IMG/VR virus record: IMGVR_UViG_3300049070_000231 | Location: 1 to 33,848 of that record | Origin: a virus | Taxonomy: Duplodnaviria > Caudoviricetes | Strand: one strand, 5' to 3' | DNA length: 33,848 nucleotides | In this document: piece by piece, positions 23,909-31,604 of the stretch | Position numbering within the stretch: position 1 is the stretch's first letter | Layout of the letters: each line of letters opens with the position of its first letter | The notes under the pieces: generated by a model | Seen by the model: the letters and a program-made list of their open reading frames with translations, nothing else | Databases searched by the model: none | What the model was told of the DNA's origin: nothing | Translations under genes and position numbers: made by a program

Positions 23909-24496
23909 ATGAATCTTTGCGGCGAAAGCATCAGGGTGGTGCATCCGTTGTTCCCAACGGAAGGGGGCGGTTCGATCCCGACCTCGCCGCTCCAACTCTT
24001 CATGGGCTGGATCGACATGGACGTGGCCGTGCCGCTCAACGAGCTTTGGCACTCCCGCCTGCCGCTCTTCACCAGCCCGCCCGAGAAGTGCAAGGCCATC
24101 GCCGCCGAGCACGCGGGCATCTTCTACGCTGCCGCGATCTGGTCGCCGCCGGTAGCCCGCAAGCTGAACTGGACAGGCCGCTACGAGCTGCGCCGCTTCG
24201 CCATTGCTCCCGACGCGCCGAGACATACCGCGAGCCGAATGCTGCGCGTGATGCGCCTGCTGATCGAGCAGGACATGCCCGACGTGGCGATCCTGATGTC
24301 CTACCAAGACGCCGACTCTCACCTCGGGACTATTTACCGGGCCGCAGGATGGGTCAAGGTGGTCGAGAGCAAGGTGCCCGTGGAAGGCTGGTCAACGCGC
24401 GCTGGCCGAGCGAAAGCGCAGACCAACGCCAACAAGGTGCGTTGGGAGTACGTCATACGCAGACCTCAGAACGATATTAGACAGGAGAAGTCATGA
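23909..24496 (+). CDS. Mom-like (GNAT-fold) DNA adenine modification protein
   Basis: WHS.LP, AIWSPPVAR, YELRRFAI..DAPR..ASRML, LMSYQD..H.GTIYRAAGW, KVRWE. Confidence 0.72.
   Translation: MNLCGESIRVVHPLFPTEGGGSIPTSPLQLFMGWIDMDVAVPLNELWHSRLPLFTSPPEKCKAIAAEHAGIFYAAAIWSPPVARKLNWTGRYELRRFAIAPDAPRHTASRMLRVMRLLIEQDMPDVAILMSYQDADSHLGTIYRAAGWVKVVESKVPVEGWSTRAGRAKAQTNANKVRWEYVIRRPQNDIRQEKS
23919..23994 (+). tRNA. tRNA-Gly-like cloverleaf with encoded CCA, embedded in the 5' end of the Mom-like ORF (non-canonical)
   Basis: Perfect acceptor GCGGCGA/TCGCCGC + T + CCA, D arm GCATC/GGTGC, anticodon arm TCCGT-TGTTCCCA-ACGGA, T loop GGTTCGATCC. Confidence 0.75.
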
Positions 24497-24864
24497 GCCA
24501 CCGCGATGAATGCCCGACCGACTACGAAGCACGTCGCCAAGGTGAACGCGCTTACGAGCGCGGCGACGGAAGCTGGCGCAACCCGTACAGGGACGACTAC
24601 AGCGGCGAACGATGCGAGGACGCCGAAAGGTACTGGCGGCGCGGCTACGAGGCCGCAGAGCAGCGCCATGAGGAGCAGATGGCCGAGGAGCGGTCCGCAC
24701 AACGCCGGGCCGAGGAACGCGCTCAAGAGGAGCGGTACTACCTGCAAATGCAGGAGGAGGCGTACTACCGCGAGATGGAAGAACGCGCCTACGCCGAGCA
24801 AATGCAGGAAGAGCCGCAGCCCGATCCCATATCGCCCGCCGCACACGATTCGGAGTCCAAATGA
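24493..24864 (+). CDS. Charged low-complexity hypothetical protein
   Basis: AGGAG RBS, ATGA overlap, E/R/Q-rich. Confidence 0.65.
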   Translation: MSHRDECPTDYEARRQGERAYERGDGSWRNPYRDDYSGERCEDAERYWRRGYEAAEQRHEEQMAEERSAQRRAEERAQEERYYLQMQEEAYYREMEERAYAEQMQEEPQPDPISPAAHDSESK

Positions 24865-25091
24865 CCAAGCGCTGCATTGACTGCAAGCACTACGTCGCCG
24901 GGAACGTCACGCCGTACATGTATTTCCCGTCAGCCTGCACGCACGAGAACAACCGCAGCCTAGTAGATGGCTCCTGCCGAGATGGACCGGAGGAGTTGCG
25001 CTACAGCCATCACTCCAAGGCTTGCGGCGAGATTGGCCGATGGTGGGAGCAGAACAAACACTCCGCAGCACCAGGGGGCAAATCGGAATGA
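24861..25091 (+). CDS. Small Cys-rich hypothetical protein
   Basis: CIDCKHY...C...C...CG..GRWWE. Confidence 0.65.
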   Translation: MTKRCIDCKHYVAGNVTPYMYFPSACTHENNRSLVDGSCRDGPEELRYSHHSKACGEIGRWWEQNKHSAAPGGKSE

Positions 25092-25198
25092 ACGTCTATT
25101 TCCCGAAGAGATGGCTATGGCTGTGGGGGTGGCAAACACACCGCACCTACATCTGCTTCCACTTCGGCAAGATCGACGTGATGATCGCTTGGCGATGA
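25088..25198 (+). CDS. Small Trp-rich peptide (36 aa)
   Basis: MNVYFPKRWLWLWGWQ..., ATGA overlap. Confidence 0.35.
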   Translation: MNVYFPKRWLWLWGWQTHRTYICFHFGKIDVMIAWR

Positions 25199-25225
25199 CC
25201 TATCGCCCTCTGGAGGGGAAATAAC

Positions 25226-25375
25226 ATGACCGACGAACAACTACTTGCCGAGGCTCTGCGGCTCTGCGAACTGATGGAGGCCGACGACCGCGATTTCCTT
25301 AAGGGAGAACGCATCGGTCTAATCTGGCAGATTCAGGGGCAGCTTATCGCGGCCTTGCGTAAGCGGCTAGGCTGA
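25226..25375 (+). CDS. Small hypothetical protein (49 aa)
   Basis: GGAGGGG RBS. MTDEQLLAEALRLCE... Confidence 0.55.
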   Translation: MTDEQLLAEALRLCELMEADDRDFLKGERIGLIWQIQGQLIAALRKRLG

Positions 25376-25403
25376 ATGCGTCCTTCCCTGAAAGCGGCGG
25401 ACC

Positions 25404-25556
25404 TCAGCGCTTCTTGTACTTCGCCGGGTCCTTCGCTATCGCCCGGTAGATGGTGGAAGGGGCTATGCCTACCTTCTTCGCTGCGGCGAAAGGCGGCATG
25501 CCCTTCGCTACCAGCTTCAGCGCCTTCTCGGTCGCTGCTGAGGGACGGCCGCTCAT
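25404..25556 (-). CDS. Stand-alone resolvase-type HTH protein (50 aa)
   Basis: MSGRPSAATEKALKLVAKGMPPFAAAKKVGIAPSTIYRAI. ATGA-coupled to 25553..25735. Not in the ORF track. Confidence 0.7.
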   Translation of the reverse strand: MSGRPSAATEKALKLVAKGMPPFAAAKKVGIAPSTIYRAIAKDPAKYKKR

Positions 25557-25735
25557 TCGCGGCCTACGCGATCAACCAGGTTCGCGCCGTCTTGATAGAC
25601 CGAGCAGATTTTCACCCCCTTCAGGAAGGGCAGCGCCGACTTGATGAAAGCCGCCATCTCGGCGTGTTCGGCGGCCAGTCTCGCCACAGCGGTGCAAAGC
25701 TTGTCGTTGCGGCGGTCGATTTCGGTCAGTTCCAT
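25553..25735 (-). CDS. Hypothetical protein
   Basis: 60 aa with a GGAGG RBS at about 25741-25745. Confidence 0.6.
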   Translation of the reverse strand: MELTEIDRRNDKLCTAVARLAAEHAEMAAFIKSALPFLKGVKICSVYQDGANLVDRVGRE

Positions 25736-25825
25736 ATTGCCCTCCGTTGTTCGGTGGTTGAGGTCGGCGTCCCTAGTGGACCGTTTGGCCTTGGCCTACC
25801 CTTGCAACCCTCAACCTTGGGACGA

Positions 25826-25868
25826 ATGCTAGCGCATCTTGCACTAGTGCGCAATATGGTGTTATATA
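25826..25868. promoter_or_regulatory. Overlapping divergent sigma70-like promoters
   Basis: Minus strand TTGCGC-17-TAGCAT (25854 to 25826). Plus strand TTGCAC-18-TATATA (25839-25868). Central palindrome GCACTAGTGC. Confidence 0.55.
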
Positions 25869-25872
25869 CAGC

Positions 25873-26061
25873 ATGAACCAGCCAAGCCGCTCCGCTAACG
25901 GGGCTGAAGGTCATCACATCTGGTGCAACTACTGGGGCACGCCGGTCGATACCTGCGTTTCCTGCAAGACGCTCAAGAAGTTTTACCCGGAGGATGGCAA
26001 GACGCCGGACGAGCTACAGCGGGAACACTTCCCCGACGCTCTCAAGCGGGAGGGCACATGA
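25873..26061 (+). CDS. Hypothetical protein
   Basis: 62 aa with HHIWCN...CVSC, directly after the promoter. Confidence 0.6.
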   Translation: MNQPSRSANGAEGHHIWCNYWGTPVDTCVSCKTLKKFYPEDGKTPDELQREHFPDALKREGT

Positions 26062-26468
26062 ATAATTTCGGACCCATGAAACAACTTAGCGAGAAGGAAT
26101 GGAAGCGACTCGTCCGGCTTATTTCTCGGGAGTGGGGTAAAACCGAGGAAGAGATTGTCGCTTGGATCAATGACGACGACGCCCCGACATGGGATGGGAA
26201 CATGGACGTTGATAACCTTGAGTGGAGCGATCGCCTGTCCGATCTTTTAGCGGACGTGCGTTTCTTCTACACGGGGAATCCGACCGGCGGGAATCTGCAC
26301 GTCTGCCTAGACGACGGAAACATGTCGGACGGCAACGTATGGTGGTGTTTGCAGCACGCGTCGGGCAAAAAGGACTTAGAGGCGGTGCGGCTTGCCTGTC
26401 GATTGCTTTCCTTCACCGAAGAAGAGCGCGATGCCCTGTATGAGCGCTATGACGAGTACACAAGATGA
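26058..26468 (+). CDS. Hypothetical phage protein
   Basis: GGAGG RBS, ATGA overlap. GGNLHVCLDDGN motif. Confidence 0.65.
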   Translation: MNNFGPMKQLSEKEWKRLVRLISREWGKTEEEIVAWINDDDAPTWDGNMDVDNLEWSDRLSDLLADVRFFYTGNPTGGNLHVCLDDGNMSDGNVWWCLQHASGKKDLEAVRLACRLLSFTEEERDALYERYDEYTR

Positions 26469-26480
26469 TTCCCCTCGCCG

Positions 26481-26720
26481 ATGGAGGCAACAGGAACGAG
26501 CATGGGACAAATTACTGAAGATTTTGTAAGACGCATGGAGGTCAACGCCCAACAGGAGAAGCACACGGCGACGACATGTTGGGAGCAGCTACAACTCGCC
26601 CGCGCGTGGCTGGAACTACAGACAGCCAGAAACCTCCTCGCACGTATCAGGGGGGAGCTCGGTGTAGAGGACGACATCGAGATCATCGACGCCATCGACG
26701 ACTTAAAGGACCAGGAGTGA
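26481..26720 (+). CDS. Hypothetical protein
   Basis: 79-aa ORF in operon orientation. May start at the second Met. Confidence 0.5.
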   Translation: MEATGTSMGQITEDFVRRMEVNAQQEKHTATTCWEQLQLARAWLELQTARNLLARIRGELGVEDDIEIIDAIDDLKDQE

Positions 26721-26772
26721 GCAGTTCCATCGACTGCGCTGACTCTAAAGCGATTACCACCAGGGCCGAGAG

Positions 26773-26892
26773 ATGAGCGATTACGGTAGTAAGTCGTTAT
26801 CGACCAAGGCTATCGACACGGTATTGGTTGTGCTTTGGGTAATCGTCCTCCTGACCTGCATCGGAATGGCCGCCTACTACGCCAGTCTATGA
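26773..26892 (+). CDS. Small single-TM peptide (39 aa)
   Basis: MSDYGSKSLSTKAIDTVLVVLWVIVLLTCIGMAAYYASL. Confidence 0.45.
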   Translation: MSDYGSKSLSTKAIDTVLVVLWVIVLLTCIGMAAYYASL

Positions 26893-27001
26893 CCCGCCCC
26901 ACCTCAAACTCGGTGTGCTGGTACTGCCGCCCGATGCTGACGCGAGGCCCGTGCCCGTACTGCGGGCAAGGAGGCCAGATCCACCCTGTTGCTCAGGCGG
27001 T

Positions 27002-27277
27002 ATGAGCTCGCACCTCTCCGACGACGAGATCGCCAGCATCACGAAGCCGCTCACGCAGGGCGCGGCGAGGATCAAGTATTTCCGTCGGCTCGGCGTGCGC
27101 GCCGAGGCCCGGCCCAACGGGCAGCCGCTGGTGCTGCGCATCGACTTCGAGCGCCGGCGCCAGGAAGCAGCGAACGACAGCCGCAAGGCGGCGCCGGATT
27201 GGACCGAGTTCGAGAAAAGGGTACGCTATGGCCGGGATGGGGAGAAAGCGGAAGGACGGAAACCCGCTCGGGCTTGA
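27002..27277 (+). CDS. xis: Putative excisionase (DUF4224-like)
   Basis: LSDDEIASIT..L.Q.AA...YFRRLG......PNGQPLV..., PDW. Overlaps the int start. Confidence 0.75.
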   Translation: MSSHLSDDEIASITKPLTQGAARIKYFRRLGVRAEARPNGQPLVLRIDFERRRQEAANDSRKAAPDWTEFEKRVRYGRDGEKAEGRKPARA

Positions 27278-28319
27278 GCCGCGGGTGGAGTTTCACCACG
27301 GGCAGTTCCGGTATCTGCACCGGGACGGCCGCAAGGAATCGCTCGGCAAGGACATCGGCAAAGCCAATGCTAGAGCGCGCGTCTACAACGACCCGGACGG
27401 CAACTTCGGCACGAACAGCCACTTCCTGCGCCTCTTCCTGGCGGATGCGCGCGCCGGGCGACTGCCCGCCGGCCGCAAGCTGAGCGAGCGCACGATCGCC
27501 GACTACGAGGCCGAGGCGAACATCTTCGCCCTCTCGCCGCTCGGCAAGATGACGCCCGCCGACTTGGTGCGGGATCCGAGCCTGATCAGCGACTACCGGG
27601 ACCGGCGCATCACGGAGTCCGGCAAGGGCAAGGTGCAGGCGAACCACGCCCTCGCCATGCTCTCCTCGATGTTCTCCTGGCTGATCGAGCGTGGCCACAG
27701 CCCGGGCCTAGCGGTCAACCCGGTGAAGCTGATCCGGCGCTTCGCCCGCAAGCCGAAGGACCGCTACGTCGAGGACAGCGAGTACCGGCCGGTCTACGGC
27801 GTCGCGCCGCGGAGCGTTTGCATGGCCCTGCGGCTCGCCTACAAGACGCTGCAGCGCCCGGCGGACCTCCTGCGCCTAACGCCCTCCCCCGTGCGCCTGA
27901 AGGCCGTGGCGGGCACTGAGAAGCGCGTCCTGACCTTCCAGCAGGGCAAGCGCGGGCGCATCGTGGACATCGAGGTGGACGCCGAACTCGACGAGATCCT
28001 CGGCATGCTGCGCAACTCCGACGAACGCGTGGTGCGGCTGCCGCAGGCGCTGATCCACGGCCGCGGCGGCAAGGGCTACACCGAGGACGGGCTGGGGTCG
28101 ATGCTGCGGCGCTACTGCACGGCGGCCGGCGTAAAGACCTTCGGGCTGATGGATGTGCGCGCGAAGGGCGCCACCGACATGTACCTCGCTGGCGTACCGC
28201 TCGAGAAGATCCAGCTCCTGATGGCGCACAAGTCGGTGCAGACCACCGAGATTTACATCAAGCGGCTGCTCGCCACCATCTCCACGGTCGCGCCTAACGC
28301 CGTCGCAGTGGGGAATTGA
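27228..28319 (+). CDS. int: Phage integrase (tyrosine recombinase)
   Basis: N-terminal MGRKRK arm domain, QRPADLL (R), QQGKRG (K), MDVRAKGATD, AHKSVQTTEIY (H, Y). Adjacent to attP. Confidence 0.92.
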   Translation: MAGMGRKRKDGNPLGLEPRVEFHHGQFRYLHRDGRKESLGKDIGKANARARVYNDPDGNFGTNSHFLRLFLADARAGRLPAGRKLSERTIADYEAEANIFALSPLGKMTPADLVRDPSLISDYRDRRITESGKGKVQANHALAMLSSMFSWLIERGHSPGLAVNPVKLIRRFARKPKDRYVEDSEYRPVYGVAPRSVCMALRLAYKTLQRPADLLRLTPSPVRLKAVAGTEKRVLTFQQGKRGRIVDIEVDAELDEILGMLRNSDERVVRLPQALIHGRGGKGYTEDGLGSMLRRYCTAAGVKTFGLMDVRAKGATDMYLAGVPLEKIQLLMAHKSVQTTEIYIKRLLATISTVAPNAVAVGN

Positions 28320-28545
28320 ACTCGCAAGTAGTTGAACGGCAAGGGACGCACTTTGCCATTTTTCGCACTTTTCATTCCCCGGCGCTCGCGGTGATTCTCC
28401 GACAGCGCACAGTGTTGCGCGATTTCCGTCCGTGGACTGTTAATCCGCAGGTCGTAGGTTCGAGCCCTACTCGGGGAGCCAATAATCAAGTAGATACGAG
28501 CGACGCGAAGCCAGCGTTCCGCAGAATTTTCCCCACTGGGGAATA
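28306..28545. repeat. Putative integrase arm-type sites flanking attP
   Basis: CAGTGGGGAA (28306-28315), its exact inverse TTCCCCACTG (28529-28538), and CTGGGGAATA (28536-28545). An IHF-like AATCAAGTAGATA lies just 3' of the core. Confidence 0.6.
28434..28481 (+). other. attP core: 3' half of tRNA-Asn(GTT)
   Basis: GGACTGTTAATCCGCAGGTCGTAGGTTCGAGCCCTACTCGGGGAGCCA gives the anticodon arm, T arm and 3' acceptor strand with CCA. No 5' half upstream. Confidence 0.9.
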
Positions 28546-28551
28546 TCAAGC

Positions 28552-28746
28552 CTACTTGATCGGCTCGAAGGAGCGCACCAGCTTCATCCCAACGGCGACG
28601 GCGATACTCGGCCCGGGCTTGCACGTGCCGCACAGGACGTTGGCGACATAGCCCTGCGAGAGACCGTGGTTCTGGGCGAAACGGCTCTGCCCGCCCTCCT
28701 CCTTCACGCGCTGCCGGAGCAGCTTGAGAAGGTCGTCGGTGTTCAC
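28552..28746 (-). CDS. Small XRE-type HTH protein
   Basis: GGQSRFAQNHGLSQGYVANVLCG...PG. Confidence 0.7.
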   Translation of the reverse strand: MNTDDLLKLLRQRVKEEGGQSRFAQNHGLSQGYVANVLCGTCKPGPSIAVAVGMKLVRSFEPIK

Positions 28747-29157
28747 CTACCCGCCGTTCTTCTTCACTTTCTCGATCGACCTGTACGCGCCCAGGCCGAG
28801 GATCCCGAACAGGATCTGCATGGTGATCGTCGTGTCGAGCGCCGGGAACTCACCCTCATAGTCGAATGCAACCTTGGCGACAAAGCGTGCTACGGGCTCG
28901 AGCAGAGCCGCATAGCCAAGGGCAAGCGCGCCGATCCAGCCGCACGCCGGTCGCCATCCAGCGACGAACCAGTTCGTCGACTTGGCCTCCTCCGTGTTGA
29001 CCTTGATCTGCTCGAGTGCCAGCGAAAACTCCTGCGACTGGGCAACGGCCGCGAACTCCAGCTTCGCCTTCTCGGCGGCGGCTTTGTCCGGGATGACGCG
29101 GTCGAATATCTTGTCGGCGATGCCGAGGATGGCGGGAAGTATCAGCGGGAGAGCCAT
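28747..29157 (-). CDS. Holin (3TM/GTA-holin-like)
   Basis: KIFDRVIPD, QIKVN.EEA.S..WFVAGWRP.CGW, GILGLGAYRSIEK. AGGAG RBS before ATG 29157. Confidence 0.85.
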   Translation of the reverse strand: MALPLILPAILGIADKIFDRVIPDKAAAEKAKLEFAAVAQSQEFSLALEQIKVNTEEAKSTNWFVAGWRPACGWIGALALGYAALLEPVARFVAKVAFDYEGEFPALDTTITMQILFGILGLGAYRSIEKVKKNGG

Positions 29158-29165
29158 AGATGCTC

Positions 29166-29588
29166 CTACGGGAAAAAGACGCGCCGGCCTGATTTCGGCG
29201 CTACGGTTTGTACGTGCAGCCAGCCCTTCGTGCAACTCGGGTGCTCCATCCACAGTCCGATCGCAGCGAGGCTGTCCTGGTGCTCGAGGCACCAGTCGTC
29301 GAGCACCCCTTCCGGGTCGTAGATGTCGGCTGCTTCACCGGTCATGTGCTTGGAACGCGGAGCGGCGTTCGCGACCTGGCCGTTGATCTGCGGAGGGCGC
29401 CAGCCGCTATTCAGCATCGACTTCGTGCGTGGGTTCTCTTCGAGCGGCATGCTCTCCGCGCGCAGCACCGCGAATAGCGCGTTCACCAAGGCGACGGTGC
29501 GCTCGGCGTTCTTCATGATCTCCGGCGTGAGCTCGGCCGGGTATAGCTTCTCGCGGCCCATCAGGTAGTCGTCGAGGCTGATCTTCAT
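29166..29588 (-). CDS. Endolysin, peptidase M15 family
   Basis: NSGWRP..IN..V..A..SKHMTGEAAD...WLH zinc ligands. Next to the holin. Confidence 0.88.
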   Translation of the reverse strand: MKISLDDYLMGREKLYPAELTPEIMKNAERTVALVNALFAVLRAESMPLEENPRTKSMLNSGWRPPQINGQVANAAPRSKHMTGEAADIYDPEGVLDDWCLEHQDSLAAIGLWMEHPSCTKGWLHVQTVAPKSGRRVFFP

Positions 29589-30760
29589 TGGATCATCGAG
29601 ATGTCGCAGCGGTGCCGCTCCACCTCTCCGTATTCGCGGTGCATCACGATGGCGTACATGTCTCTCCCAGAGCGGTAGCCCATGCTCGCGGCCCACGCAT
29701 CCAGCGGGGCGAGCGTCCGGAACCATTCGATGCGAAGCCCAGGGACTTCCTTTTCCCCGCGCTCGTGTAGGTGCCCGTGGTAGAAGTAACGAAACTTGGT
29801 TTGCCCCCAATCCTCGGGGCGGTCGGAAGCCATCACGCCCAGAAGATCCTTGCCCCTCGTCTTGTCGCCGTGCGTGGCGCCGAGCAGAACCTTTCCGAAG
29901 CGGTAGTACCAGAACGCGGCCGGCGACAGGTCGATCGTCACGCGCTCGTTGTTGCTGAAGTGCTCGGCCAGGGCGAGCGCGATGGCGAAGGCTGCGTGCG
30001 GGTCGTGGTTGCCCTCCACGAATCGCACCACCACCAGCTTGTGCTTTTCCAGCAGGCGATAGATGGCGTGCTTCATCGCCTTCAGGGCAACCATCATTAC
30101 CTTGCGGTGCCGGGTGTCGACGTCGAGCACGTTCCCGGACTGCGGGGTACGGTTCTTAGCGTCGTCCGCGTGCATGAGATCACCGAGCGGCAGGAAGATG
30201 GCGACCTCCGAAGAGGGCGCGCTCGCTACGAGCCGGTCGACCGCGGCCGTGGTGATGGACTCGGCAATCTCAGTGTCGAAGTCCTGCCCGGCTTCCGCCT
30301 TCCAGGCGTACATCCCGAAGTGCGGGTCGCCCATCGGGTACACGGTGAGCAGATCGGCGTTCGAAAGCTTGGGCGGAGGGACTAGCCTGGAAGTCCCCTT
30401 CGCCTCGTCCATGAGGCTCCTGACGAATTCGCGGATGACTTGCTCGACCTGATATTGATCCAGCTTCGTCTTGACCCACTGCCCAGCTTGCTCGCCTTCC
30501 TTGTTGAAGTAGGTCGAGACTCCCTTCACCACGAAGGGTGCTGGCACAGTCTTGGTCATCCCGTGGGCTGGCGCATAGCCGCAGAGAGCGGCTTTCTTCT
30601 CCAGGGCGTAGATCGCATCCCTCACGGTGCTCGGGGACAGTCCTAGCTCCTTTGCAGCCCGCCCCATGCTGCGATACTGATTCACCGCGTCGACCATTTT
30701 TCTCTGGGTCTCGGTGGCGTACTCTTTCAAACCTTCGTCTATTCGGTAGCGCGGTCTCAC
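29585..30760 (-). CDS. Calcineurin-like metallophosphoesterase with N-terminal HTH
   Basis: GDPH, GDLMH, GNHD, THGD, HGHLH, and HTH SMGRAAKELGLSPSTVR. GTG 30760. Confidence 0.88.
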   Translation of the reverse strand: MRPRYRIDEGLKEYATETQRKMVDAVNQYRSMGRAAKELGLSPSTVRDAIYALEKKAALCGYAPAHGMTKTVPAPFVVKGVSTYFNKEGEQAGQWVKTKLDQYQVEQVIREFVRSLMDEAKGTSRLVPPPKLSNADLLTVYPMGDPHFGMYAWKAEAGQDFDTEIAESITTAAVDRLVASAPSSEVAIFLPLGDLMHADDAKNRTPQSGNVLDVDTRHRKVMMVALKAMKHAIYRLLEKHKLVVVRFVEGNHDPHAAFAIALALAEHFSNNERVTIDLSPAAFWYYRFGKVLLGATHGDKTRGKDLLGVMASDRPEDWGQTKFRYFYHGHLHERGEKEVPGLRIEWFRTLAPLDAWAASMGYRSGRDMYAIVMHREYGEVERHRCDISMIQ

Positions 30761-31191
30761 CAGCGCCACTTCACCTGAAGCCCGATCGCGCCGGCGTTCG
30801 AGTTCGTCGGCGGTACGATGGGGATGTTCAGGCCGAGGCCGTGATAGTCGATCGACACCACTGGGAAGATCGCCTTCACCAGCTCTGGCTCCTCCACGGT
30901 CTCGTAGCCGCCCACCAGCAGCGCAGCGATTCCGAGGCTGACTAGGCCGAACTTGAGCGGCGCCCACGCTGCGCCGAAGTACAGGCTGTCGCGCCGGTGA
31001 GAATTACGGTACACGCCGCCGGCCACCGCGAACGAGTCCGTCAGCCGTTGCTCTATGCCGAAGCCCCAGTTGCGCTGCTCGTAATCGCCGCTGCCCGTGT
31101 AGTGGTAGGAAGCGAGCGTGCCGACGAACCATGTCTCCCCGGCGATAGCGGCAAGCGGGATAAAAAGGAGCGCGACAGCGAACCGCTTCAC
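30757..31191 (-). CDS. Small outer-membrane beta-barrel protein, PagP-like
   Basis: Signal peptide, SYH....YEQRNWGFG, YRNS, alternating amphipathic strands, C-terminal aromatic residue (GLQVKWRW). Confidence 0.7.
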   Translation of the reverse strand: MKRFAVALLFIPLAAIAGETWFVGTLASYHYTGSGDYEQRNWGFGIEQRLTDSFAVAGGVYRNSHRRDSLYFGAAWAPLKFGLVSLGIAALLVGGYETVEEPELVKAIFPVVSIDYHGLGLNIPIVPPTNSNAGAIGLQVKWRW

Positions 31192-31604
31192 ACGCCCTCC
31201 GGCGCGAAAGAACTGAGCGGGAGCGGTGTTACGTCAGAGGCTTCGTCGATGATGACCGCGTTCCCATCGCGCTCGACCCAGCACGCCTTGTAGTCCTTGC
31301 CCTCGTACCGCATCGCGGCTTCCTGGAGAAGCGGCAGGATGTGCGGAACAACGATGCCCTTGATCTCGCTCGACGTGCAGGGCTTGCGCCATATCTTCAC
31401 GAAGTCGCCGTCGATCCTGCTCTTGATGATTAGAGTTGGGGCTGCATCGGCGGCGCGCGCGTTATTCCAGTACAGCAGCGAGCCGAAGACCAAGATTGCC
31501 GCAACCACCGCGCCGACAATGGGGCGAAGCCTGCTTCTCTCGTCTTTGTTCAGGTCCGTGAGTTCGACGCGCCGGCCGCCGAAATAGTCCTTGTCTTCGC
31601 TCAT
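31188..31604 (-). CDS. Membrane-anchored/exported hypothetical protein
   Basis: TM segment IVGAVVAAILVFGSLLYW followed by ARA. Two Cys (PC, ACW). Confidence 0.7.
   Translation of the reverse strand: MSEDKDYFGGRRVELTDLNKDERSRLRPIVGAVVAAILVFGSLLYWNNARAADAAPTLIIKSRIDGDFVKIWRKPCTSSEIKGIVVPHILPLLQEAAMRYEGKDYKACWVERDGNAVIIDEASDVTPLPLSSFAPEGV

Noticed and set aside
28400-28481. Complete tRNA-Asn gene
   Set aside because: The upstream sequence lacks the TCCCCGA acceptor strand and the D arm. Only the 3' half is present.
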